Below the pieces are notes generated by a model. That model did not search any database. It worked only from the letters and a program-made list of their open reading frames with translations, and was not told the origin of the DNA. From NCBI RefSeq assembly GCF_037042905.1, contig NC_087251.1:29824001-29888000 (forward strand): a stretch of DNA of 64,000 bases. The letters are read 5' to 3'. Origin of the DNA: Lytechinus pictus (Eukaryota). Made by a program: the position numbers and the translations under genes. Shown here piece by piece: positions 36,758 through 48,300 of this stretch. The stretch's first letter is position 1; every line of letters starts with the position of its first letter.

Positions 36758-38498
36758 CCCGCGGGGGCCACTTACATTGACAAGTGGATACCATGCGCGA
36801 CCAAAAAAACACGTAAAAAGGATGTCTTTTTCACGATAGGGCACGTTACGTACGTAACGTGATAAGGGTGTCAAAAACACAAAAGTAATGAAAAAAGGGT
36901 ATCTATTTCGCTAGGACAATTACGTGTTTAGGGTCGAATTTGCGGGGATGATAAAACAAAATTAAAATGTTTTATAAAGGATGTCCTTTTTGCCCCAACA
37001 CTTCGTGTTTAGAGTCCAATTTGCGCGAGGTGTAAAAGGTGGGGTCGTACTAAACCAAATAAGGTAAAGCCGACGACCGAAGGACCCGTAACAATAAAAC
37101 ATTCCTGTACTTGTTTAGGGGTTCATTTCAGGGAATATTTGCCAAGAATATCGTTTTGTTTTCAATACTTGTTAAGGGTAGGGTTTCACACGCCAATACT
37201 TGTTAAGGGGTGCATTTTCAGAATATGGAAATTACGTGTTTAGGGTGCTTTTCGAGACCCCATGGTTCAGTTCAGTTCAGTTTAGTTTATTTCATTTCCA
37301 TTTTCTGATAATAAACATAACAAACATATATATACATATGTATAAATGTACAAAACAAAATAAGTGTTATAAGTATACTTCAATAATCAATTAACAAATT
37401 CGTAGGAAATAGATGAAATGTATACAATTTTTGTTCAAGATACATTTTGATGATTAGACAAATTATAGATTACAGTTAGCATGTGAAAATGAAAATGAGG
37501 GACTTATTAAAAAGCGAAGCTTGTAATTGTAAGCCCCTTAGGTAATTAAAAGTAAAGTAAGACAATCTAGACCATATATGAAGAACGGCAAAATAGGTTT
37601 GAATAACAAGGAAAGAAAGGGGGGGGCAGTAACTACATAGGTTAGAGGGATAATGGAATATTTAATAACTGGGGAAAAAAACAAAACAAAAAGAAACGAT
37701 TATGTGCCCAGCAGAAAAGGAAAGGGGAGGAGAAAGAGAAATAGGGTCGAGAGGCAAGTATCGTGGAAAAGATAAAGCAGTTCATGTGTTTCATACATTG
37801 TACTCATTAAGGAATGAGAGTTTTAGGTGTTTTTTGAAGGTGTTTATATTTCTATATTGTTTAAGGCTTTGGTGAATACCATTCCAGTATTTGGGACCTG
37901 TATAAATGATGGTTTTTTGTGCGAGTGTGGTTCTAGTCAGAGGGGGGTGATATTGGTGTTGTATAGCTTGTCTTGTGGGGTATGTATGGATGTCAGTGTT
38001 TTTGGTAAAGAGTGAAGTAATTGCGGTGGGTAATTCGTTTTTTGATAGCTGGAACATAAAAGTTCCAAGGTTCAGGAGATAGAGATCGTGGATTTTTTAG
38101 TATTTGTTTTTTTTTAAATAACGGGCTTGTATGAGCACGGTAATGGGCATTTTCAATTATTCTAACAATTCGTTTTTGAAGCAAAAATATTCTATTAGTT
38201 TGTGTTATTTGTGAATTACCCCAGGATAAAATTCCGTAGTTTAGATAAGGGAGGATGAGGGTTGAGTAGAGGGTCAAAAGTATTTTGTGAGGTAAAAATG
38301 TTTTAAGTTTGTTGATGACACCTATGTTTCTTGCGATCACTCTACAAAGAATATCAATGTGTGTTTTCCATGATAATTTATTGTCGATGAATATGCCAAG
38401 AAATTTTGTTGATTGGGTAGAGTCAATATTAATGCCATTAATGTTAATGTTAATGGTCGCGCATGGTATCCACTCGTGAATGGAAGTGGCCCCCCGGG
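36758..38498. mobile_element. TIR element with 8-bp TSD CCCTAAGT, interrupted by a LINE
   Basis: ccctaagt|cccgcgggggccactt...gtggataccatgcgcgacca ... tggtcgcgcatggtatccac...aagtggccccccggg|ccctaagt. Confidence 0.88.
37267..38452 (-). mobile_element. 5'-truncated CR1/L2-group LINE 3' end with (CTGAA)n tail
   Basis: ORFs 37993-38340 and 37791-38057 (LYSTLILPYLNYG, LQKRIVRII, HTSPLF, YTGPKYWN). Tail reads gttcagttcagttcag on +. Flanked by ATGGT on both sides. Confidence 0.88.
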
Positions 38499-39173
38499 CC
38501 CTAAGTTAATCACTTAATCGAGGGGGCATCATCATCATCATCACTATCAATCACCATGGTATCATTATACATAATCATATCATATCATACTATTTGAATA
38601 TCCGATTTCAAAATTGTAGATGAAAGACAAGCAGGGTCGATGGGGTGGGGATGGGAGTCACGAGCCAGTCTTGTTTGTTCAAAGGGAAGATTGTGACTTG
38701 CGAGGTTGGAGATTCGCTTTGGATACTTTGGCAAATATGAGCCAAACGATGGTCACAAGTTTAATTTCGTTGGAGGGGGGGGGGGGGTTCTTAATCCCCA
38801 AAGCACTTCCAGTATTTATGTAGTAGGCATACGTAAGTAATATTTTATTGAAGCAGACACACTTCTTTGATGGTCCAACTGTTTTCTGGCATATTTTACC
38901 TCTCATTGGACTTTGTATTCTATCCCGATATAATTACCTCGAAGTTGCCCTTTAATTGCTCCTTTCCCAAGTTAAAAAATATATGATTGGCATGCCTTGG
39001 CCATCACAGATTGAATTGTGTAATTGCTCGCTCAAGGTGAAGGTATAGTAAACCACTGATATTTTTTTGTCTCTCTCAATCTCTTCTTCAGGCGCCCCTG
39101 CCAAGGGTGGTGGTCAGGCGGCGACCGCCCCCTATGATTCTTGGGGGGGGGGGGGTGGGTGTAAAGGAAAGAG

Positions 39174-40298
39174 ACAAGTGGAACGCCTCTGGCAGTCTCG
39201 CCTGCATTACGCGATACAATGTATCAGCAGTGCTGACTTTGAAAACGACTAGAGAATATTTTATATGATAATAAAATACTATGTTCATTGACCCTTGACG
39301 CTGATCGTGTGACCGAAGACTTGTGCAAGATGATCAGTGACAGGGCCATGGGAACAATTTTTTTTTATTGGGGGTGCTGATGTAAAAGCAAAAAAAAAAG
39401 GATGACTACAAAATGGATGTCATATTGGGTCCGAGAAATTTGAAAGCAAAAAAAAGGGAGGGTTCACTACAAAAAGAATGTCATTTGGGTTTTATTTATC
39501 AATTTTTTTTCTTGGAGGTGCTGTCTATTGAAAATAATACACGCAGCACCCCCAAGGAAAATCTTGGGGATGCTTTAGGACCCGCCCAGCACCCCCGCTT
39601 CCCAGAGCCATGATCAGTGATACATGTACTTGATTACCCTTAATTCCTCATTTTCATGAACTAGATCCATAAACATTTAAAGTTATCATGGCAATTCAAC
39701 AAATACCCCCAACACGTCCAAAGTTAATCAACTTTGATCATGTGACCTGAAATTCACGAAAGATGTTCTCTGATGCTTGATTACTTATATGTCCAAGTTT
39801 CATTAAATAGGTTTATATACTTTTAAAGCTATGACATTTCAAAAACTTAACCTTGGTTAAGATTTTGTTTTGATTCCCCAACATAATCTAAGTTCATTGA
39901 CCATAAATGACCTTTGATCTTGGTCATGTGACCCGAAACTCACAAGGGATGTTCAGTGATACTTGATAACTCTTATGTCCAAGTTTCAAGAACCAGATCC
40001 ATAAACTCTCAAAGATATGATGGAAATTAACAAATACCCGCAACATGGCCAAAGTTCATTGATCCTAAATGACATTTGACTTTGATAATGTGACCTCAAA
40101 CTCAGGCAGGATGTTTACTAATATTTGATAACCCTTATGTCCAAGTTTCATGGAACTATATAGGTCCATATAATTTTTAAGTTATGATGACATTTAAAAA
40201 ACTTAACCTCAGGTTAAGATTTGATGTTGACAACGCCGCCGCTGCCGTCGAAATAGCGGCGCCTATAATCTCGCTCTACTCTGCAGGCGAGACAAAAA
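39174..40298 (+). mobile_element. Helentron-associated (HINE/DINE-1-like) non-autonomous element with internal tandem units
   Basis: acaag start. Sub-terminal IR gtctcgcctgca / tgcaggcgagac. 3' hairpin and aaaaa end. Repeated tgacctttga..atgtgacc.gaaactc...ccaagtttcat units. Confidence 0.65.
39341..39612. mobile_element. hAT-type MITE with 8-bp TSD ATCAGTGA
   Basis: atcagtga|cagggccatgggaa ... ttcccagagccatg|atcagtga. A related copy lies at ~22200-22452. Confidence 0.85.
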
Positions 40299-42431
40299 CG
40301 AAGAGAGAGAGGTATTGCCTCCCTATAATATATGAATTATCATGGCACCCCCATCCGGCGCCAGGGCCCTGCAACACTATAGAGACGCCCCTGCGTTTGA
40401 ACGAAATATGATGATGGTGATGATGATAATGATGATGAAATTCTTAGTTTTTTTCATCATTAAGATTAAGAAGTGGTCCAACATTATAATTTAAGGATAT
40501 CATTTTAAACGCTGGATCACCCCTCTCTTTTAAAACATAGGATAAATTTGTTAGACGGGTCTTCCCACTAGGCCGATGATTACGTTTGTCTACAAAAAAT
40601 ATATATTTTCTGCTTACCTAATCTTACAAACTTGTTGTCGGTCATATCCACCTGTTCCTTAGGATTTGAGGAACAAAGTACTCAAAGGATGGCATCAGTA
40701 CAATTGCTTTCCGAAGCTGGAAAAAAAAAGCTGAAATAAAGAGTCAATGTCGGTTGTTTGTTCAGGGAGACCATTTCAACGCGCGTCCTTGCCAACCGTT
40801 GTGTCGTCGATAACAGAGAACGTTTTAGCCAAAGAACGCCGCGCAGTTCCATATGTGTACCTGCAGCATTAGCGCAAGTGACAGGATGGCGAAATAGCAG
40901 TAGCAGTAGCCTAATTTTACGTAAATGAGCGGCAATAAGTTCAAGTTCGTCTTTATTTATCCATCTTGGAAATTTTTGTTCACAACTTCAAGTCAATAAA
41001 CATCAAAATACCATATTAAACATATAACACCACTAATACATTTATAATAATTATATTACAGTGAAAGTGAATACCCGTTTATATAAAGGCTACGAACAAA
41101 TAATATATATAAAGCCTCCATTTGTCAAAATATGACAATACTTGACATTCAGTACAAAATAACTAGTTATCAATAATTCATTGCAATTTAAAATTTCTTT
41201 CCAATAAAAATACATGTAGTATTACTCTAACACCTTAATTCAAATAGTTACTATATAGAAATAACTAGTAATCAATACATTTTAAAAATTTCATTCCAAT
41301 AATAAAAGTGTGAAGTATTAACATTAATTCCAAAAAGTTATAAACGGGTAGCATGGCATGAGGAAAAAAAGAAACGTTCTTTCTCTTCTCCTCCCTTTTG
41401 CTCTATATTTTTTTTGGGGTCTTCTCCTCCTTTTCTCCTCCCTTTTCATCTATTTTTTGTCTCCTTCTCCTCTTCTTGGTCTTCTCCTCCTCGTTCTTCC
41501 TCAATTCTTGTTTGACGCCTTTCCCCAATCTTTTGGTTTCTCTCATATCTCACTTCATCTGCCCATAAGCAATCTTTCTCTTTCATTCTTATTTTCTGAG
41601 AAGTATTTTTTGTTCCTTAGCTATATTTTTTCTTCCAATATCTCCCTTTCAAGTATTTTCCCCTAGGCTACAGTTATCCCCCTCTCTCTCTCTTCTCCCC
41701 TCTCTTTCTCTCTTCTCCCCCTCTCCATCTCTCTCACTAAGTTTCCTTTTTTGATTCCTCATGCAATATCTTTCCCTTTCCAAATTATTTATCTCTTAAC
41801 CATAGCCGTTTTTTTTATAGCTTTCATTTTGATTTTTTGAATAGCTAAGAAAGTAACACTACGAAACTTGGTGAAGCTTTCGTGACACTTCCTTGATATA
41901 TTTCATTTCATTAAGTAGAAATAAACGTACAATCAAAAAGTGAAAACAAGGTGAGACCACTAACATGAAGATTTTTTTTAATGTCTAAACAAAGTTGCTC
42001 TAAATGTTTGACATTTATCCCATATACACTCAACAAGAAACCATAAAACACAGACAAATATTCATAATGCCCAATATAAAATATTTAATGAGTAGGCTTA
42101 TACTTGTCTACAGATGTAAATTATACAACTATTTCAAAGCCAATTGAAAAGTAGAGTATATTGTTCATGCGTCCATGTTTATAAACACTTATAAAAGTTG
42201 TATAAAAGTCTGGTAAAGGTTTAATAATGATGAAAAGTGGGCGATACTAATGAACTTTGAACACACAAACCGATTAGGTGAGTGTTACAAACACCTCCGT
42301 AACAACTGCATGTTTGTGCTGACCTGTAAACATATAGGCTCATATTCTACAAGGCTCAGTGTCAAGAATTTGCTTATGCTATAATGCTTCTTGTATCTAC
42401 TGAAATCCTTCCTATGTTTTTAAGGTTAAAA

Positions 42432-42776
42432 AACAAGGCAAAAGCGATTTTGTGTCTCGCCCACTTATGAAAATAACCAGAAATATCGTGATTTGCGAGG
42501 GCACGCAACAGAATTGTATCGAAACTTCATTGTGAAATGACTGGGATGGAATAACACTTGCACGTAAACTTTAATGTTGACCTGAAAATGACCTTTGACC
42601 TTACCATGTGACCTCCAACTGCAGCATAACATGCAGGTCCCCCAAGTCCATCTACCATCCAAGTTTGGTTGAAAAGCGACTTACGGTTGCGGAGTTAGGT
42701 GTCATTAGGTTTGTGACGGACGGACAACATTTGGATCCCTAAGTCTCGCCTTCACCTCCGGTGGGCGATACAAAAA
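42432..42776 (+). mobile_element. Helentron-associated (HINE/Tsp-like) element
   Basis: aacaag start, sub-TIR tgtctcgcccac / gtgggcgataca, (GACG)n microsatellite, 3' hairpin, aaaaa end. Confidence 0.7.
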
Positions 42777-43740
42777 GTATTGTATTTTGTCATTTCAAGA
42801 CAGTTTGTAATGATTTGAATGCCGACTGTGATGATCAATTGATATCTAATTATTGAGATTGATGTCACATTTGGCTACACATAGTTAAACTATAATATGG
42901 GCAATAGTCTCATCTACAGAATTTAAGTGAAAGACAAGCTCCTTCCTTTATTAAGATTATTAATATTCAGGGTATAATATAGCAGGGGTGGATCTGAGGT
43001 CAGGGCTGTTCATAAAGCTGTTGGTACTTTAAACACAATTTTATGAAGGACTGGTGACCTATTCTTGTGTTCAACATAATACATAATAAATAAAAAACCT
43101 CCCTGACAAAAGTTTCTCCCACATACTCTCTCCTGAGAAACTCAAATCGAGACCTTGCCTCGTTTGGCAATATTTGGCCAGCCTCAGATAGAGCTCTAAA
43201 GCATAGTATTAATAAGAGCAACAACAATAGAAGTAATGATAGGAATTTAGATGTTTTATATCAAAATAATACCACCCTCATCTGAGACTCTAGCGATACA
43301 AGTTGAACTTGGGCAATACATTATTCGATCAAGAAACCCGTAGTATAAAGTCTGTGTGTGGAAATTTTAAATCAATTAACGATGGCATCATACTTTTGAC
43401 ATGTAATGAGTTAATATTATTTTGAACAGATATACCTGAAAAAATATATCATATTAGATGGCAGAACAATAAAGTTTGGCCCATTTTATGTTTTTATCGA
43501 GACAAAAATAGCACAAGAAGTAAAGAGCACCAATATTATAGAAAAGCACCTATCGGAAGACAACTCAGAGCTTAAATGGGACACAAGTAACTTGTTCAGG
43601 TGAGGTGAGAGAAAGAGAGATAAAGATATGGGAGAAAGAGAGAGAGCTGTGCTCCCTCGCATTCATTCTTATGGGGGAGGTACACATTATATTTTCCCCA
43701 CACTGCTATACCCTTATTGCTCATCGATACCTACACTTGA

Positions 43741-43936
43741 TAATTCCATAAAATAATCAACCTTTTTGTACATCCGACCCCCATTTTTCTCAAGTTTTAC
43801 TTCACTTCATAAACTGACCAAATCTAGTCATTTTACAGCATTACAGACTGTCAAAAGAACAAGAAATCAGAGACAGAAAATTTCATGAAAGTCCCACACA
43901 TAGGGGGTCGGATGTACATATTTTATGGAATTGCCC
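43741..43936. mobile_element. small MITE with ...ggaattgccc end (same terminal motif as 61074-61523)
   Basis: aattccataaaat...tgtacatccgacccc is mirrored by ggggtcggatgtaca..attttatggaattgccc. Confidence 0.6.
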
Positions 43937-44870
43937 ATAAGTCATGTATCAAGTAAAGAAGAAAACATGAACTTCATGAGCATCCTTTAGAAATCTCAGA
44001 AAATCATGTTTCTAACCTGGAAAATATATTGTTTTCCTTTTTTTTTCTAGACACTTCATACCCGAGTGCATTTTTTTGTGGATTTGCAATCCTGAATTCC
44101 ATTATTCTTTGAGAATGATAATGAAAGCAGCCAGTGAGAGAAATGGCCTGACATAAAATTGATCAATAAATAAACAAATGTGATTCTGTGAGGGTCAAGG
44201 AAATAATACAACACAATATGATCAATTGCAAATATAAATCATCTTTTAAACAGCATCCTCCTGAAATTTTACTTAACAGTACACTGCTAAAGAGAATTAA
44301 GAAATATCACTTTATTTTCTTTTCTTCCAATATTCTTCAATTCTCTATGAAAGAAATCATACAGAGATAAAATACTGCAGTAATTTTCCATGACAAATAT
44401 GCTTGTCGCATTTCCAAGAATGAGGAATCATCTACTAAGTGAATATAACGGTGAAACCTGTAAAACATTCGCCAAAGCATAACAATAATATCAACTGCAT
44501 ATCTGCCAACCTTGACAGCTGAGAAATAAAACAAATTACTAAAACATTCACAGAAATAGGAACATTCCTGAATTCCCTACACTATACTATAAGTAGAATC
44601 ACATAAAAAAACAGAAACACAAAATTTACAAGGGCAACTTTCTTTTCCTCAAAAGAGGAATAATCCTATTTAATAGGAACTCTTGGCAGGTATACAATTG
44701 CACATAAAAGACTTCTGTTTTTTTTTTTTTTTTTTTCTTGTGAAATCAGATCATAGTCTTTCAATTAAAAAATCTTATATTTGTAAGTGGAAGAACTAAA
44801 TAACTTCATGGTGACGATGCTCAACAGCAAATCAAAATCAGATTTTCCATTAGTATTGATGGTAATGTCA

Positions 44871-45130
44871 AATGGGAAGCCCACCCAGATGTCAAGTTGG
44901 ATATAAATTTTAAAGAAAATTAAAGTATCACACCAATAAAAAATTGGCGAAAATCCATCAAAGAATAATACATTATGTAACAAATGAGTGAACTGCTTGC
45001 ATGAGTTAACACAAATTAACTTTAAGAATCAATTACTTTATTAATATTTGATGGATATTTGAAGACTGTCATGTTTCTATAATTTCTCTGCTCTTGTGAA
45101 TACCAACTTGGTGTCGAGATGGACTTCCCT
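44871..45130. mobile_element. degenerate Kolobok-type MITE just downstream of the TDP1 stop codon
   Basis: gggaagcccaccc ... gatggacttccct|ttaa. Internal similarity to the other Kolobok-type copies. Confidence 0.5.
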
Positions 45131-45223
45131 TTAAGCCGCAAGTTTTGTGGAACAGGGCCCAAACTAAGGAAATTAGCTTCTGGTTTCAAGATGGCAAGAT
45201 CAATCTATTCCATTATGAAACGA

Positions 45224-45303
45224 TCATCTTCTTCCAGGCACCCAAGCGTTTCCATGGGAATCGGGCTTATCAGTGTATGGGATATCCCAGATCCATGGTC
45301 GAT
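45224..45303 (-). CDS. TDP1: TDP1 last coding exon ([26 protein letters not shown])
   Basis: CAG acceptor at 45304-45306, TGA at 45224-45226. Confidence 0.93.
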
Positions 45304-48300
45304 CTGAAATAAGAGACAGAATAGAAAAGCTGGTCTTAGCTACAAGAATGAAACTAAATATATATATATACATGTATAATGTATATGATATTGTATGGTA
45401 TTAATTAGATCATGGAGCTATCATAGCTCCATGATTAGATCATGCATTGCGTTTACACATTCTGAATAACAAAGCGATACTCAATGAAATTTTCCTTAAA
45501 AATCTGTATGAGCATCATCCTCTTAATTCCATTGGTTCTTGTTTTTTCCTGTCGTATTCTTTGATCATCACGTTGTTCTTCATATGTCATTGCAAAAACA
45601 CAATGTTCTATCATGACTGCAGTTCTAGTACATGCATTTTACCTTTGTTATTATCATAAAATTCCATTTCCCTCCTTTCTTTTGTTCTTTCCAATAACAA
45701 AGTTTTTAAAATAATGAAATCTAAAAGATCACTGTCACACCCAATTATCAAAATACCAACTGACCTACTGCTTTATCAAAAGCACCATTTTCTCAGACTC
45801 ACCTGATTTAGAATATGGTGTGAGAGGAACGTCCCAAGGGAGTGAGAATTCTTTCTGGCCACACCCATCCACTAAGGGAAACGTCTTCCAAGTCTTATCC
45901 TGAAAAGAAATAATCCGGGCAAATAATATGATTTTCTTTCTGGCAATGTCAAGGCCAATTTCAATGCATGTAGATATTTTTATGAATGTTCAATTATTCA
46001 ACATTCTCACAAGCGGTAAAAATCAATATATTCTTAATGTTTTCATTTGTCTCAATGTCCATATGCAACAGAAGGGAATCAAATCATGAATGGCTTCGCA
46101 AAATGGAAACAAAAAGGAAATTAAAAAACTATAACTTCCGATAAATGAAAATGAGCCATAAATTCAGCTAAAAATACCAAAGACAAAAAGCAATGAGAGA
46201 GAGAGAGAGACAAAAATAAGAAAAAGTCATAATTGAAAGTGACTTAACATGAAATAAAACTATTCATGGATGAACATTTCAATGAGAATAGTCGAGGGAC
46301 AACCTGCTTAATACTCTCATTTTATTACAAACCATATTAGATATTAAAAAATATAAAGCAACTATTCTATCTCTAGATGTGTGAATAAATCTCCAAGGAA
46401 GGAGAAAGCTAGCTTGTGAAATCAGCATAAAAATATTGATTCATAACAAGGTATTAACAAGAAAGGAATACAGTAAATGTTAACCCGCTTTATGACAGGA
46501 AGAAAAGAAGAAAATGAGGTGATTTTAAATAAATGAAGCCTCAGTGGCTGTCAAAACTGATATGATTATTTTCATCGCAAGTGCCACGAGAGTGGAATAA
46601 GCAGATTGCACGGTGTGTGACCACGCATGCAATGACAAATCTAAAAATTTAATTTCCAAAAGCACCCATAAGATTTACAGTTAATCAAATATTTCACTTC
46701 ATCGCTTCCGAATAAAGAGAATGTAGGTATGAAATGTTGATTGAATCACACACAGACGTGAAATAATAGCTAGTGAAAAGATATCTATACTTTGAATGGA
46801 TGAATAGTTTGAAATTGTGTGGTTTTAATTGCAAAATACAATTATGAGGCAGAAGGAATTGATCATGATGGGAACAATTATGAGTTCATTAAACGATACA
46901 AATATGGTAAAGAAAGAGTAAGATAAATGGTTAAAGATGCTGGAAGAGAAAGATGATATAACAGACACTGAGAGGGGAAAATAAAAAGAATTGATCAGAG
47001 AGAAAGAGAAAAGAGGAAGAAGAGGGTATGTGGAAAGGGAGGGGGGGATGGGTAGATGATCCTAAACAGAGAAATTGATAGGCATGTGGGGGGGGGGGGA
47101 GGGGTGGTGAAGGAAAAAAGAGGGGAAGAGAAAAAGGACTAGTACTCCATAATAAAGGATCATGAAAATATTTCATATAGCAAATACGCTTCAACAAAGT
47201 GCATGTACATTTACACGGAGGCTTAAAAAATACAATTCAGAAAAAGCAACCAGAGTAAAAAGAAGAAAATGTAAAACAATATAAAAGAAAGGAAAGGGTA
47301 AAATTAATCACATACATGTAGGTGTAGGGGGGGGGGTGGACATTACAATAGAAGATGGGTATGCATACACACATTGTGTAATAAACTTTTAAAAGAATAA
47401 GATCAAGATTGAACTAAGAAAGGGTAAAATTAATCACATACATGTAGGTGTAGGGGGGGGGGTGGACATTACAATAGAAGATGGGTATGCATACACACAT
47501 TGTGTAATAAACTTTTAAAAGAATAAGATCAAGATTGAACTAAAGAAGCAGGGAGGTAATTAAAAAATGAAATGGGATATGAGAGAGATGAAAAGGGGAA
47601 ATGAGAGAGGGAGAGGTGGGTGGGGAAAGGAGAGCGAGTGATGGGACAAGAGAAGAGAGAGAGAGAGAAGAAAGGAAAGGACTGATGGAAGGATAGAAAG
47701 AGAAGATAGAGAAGAGAAGGTAGAGATACAGGAGCAAGAGAAAGAGAGAGATAAGTTAGTTAAACATGAAATATTGAAAGAAACAAATACATCTCAGGAG
47801 AATGACAAAAAGATTAATGACTGGCTATTGAGCATGACATTTCCCCCATTTCATCATGAAATGGATAGACCCTATCATACACTATTACATCTAACACTGT
47901 CAACATTTCGTACAATTGGTCTGTGTCTAACAAAATTACTAACCCACTAATTTGATTACAGTGAAACCCCCAGCACGTTGATGTGTGTTCAGCACTTTCT
48001 TCAACAAGCAATATCTGACACCAAACAATGAATAAGGTAAACTACCATTAAGTCATCAAAACCCTGAATGGACGAGCTTTTGTGTGAGCAAAGGTTTTTT
48101 TTCAGCCTTGCAATGAAAAGAAAGAAAAAAGCTGTGATATAATTCATTTTTTTTAAAAGATATCGTATAGGCATGACAGGTTTGTCTAGTAATGCAAAAG
48201 AAAAGACAACCAAGTCAATATAATAGGGTGTATTTACCATATAAGTGGGGCACATCTACTGCCAGTTCTGCTACAATCTCGCAATAAATCATTTCTAATT

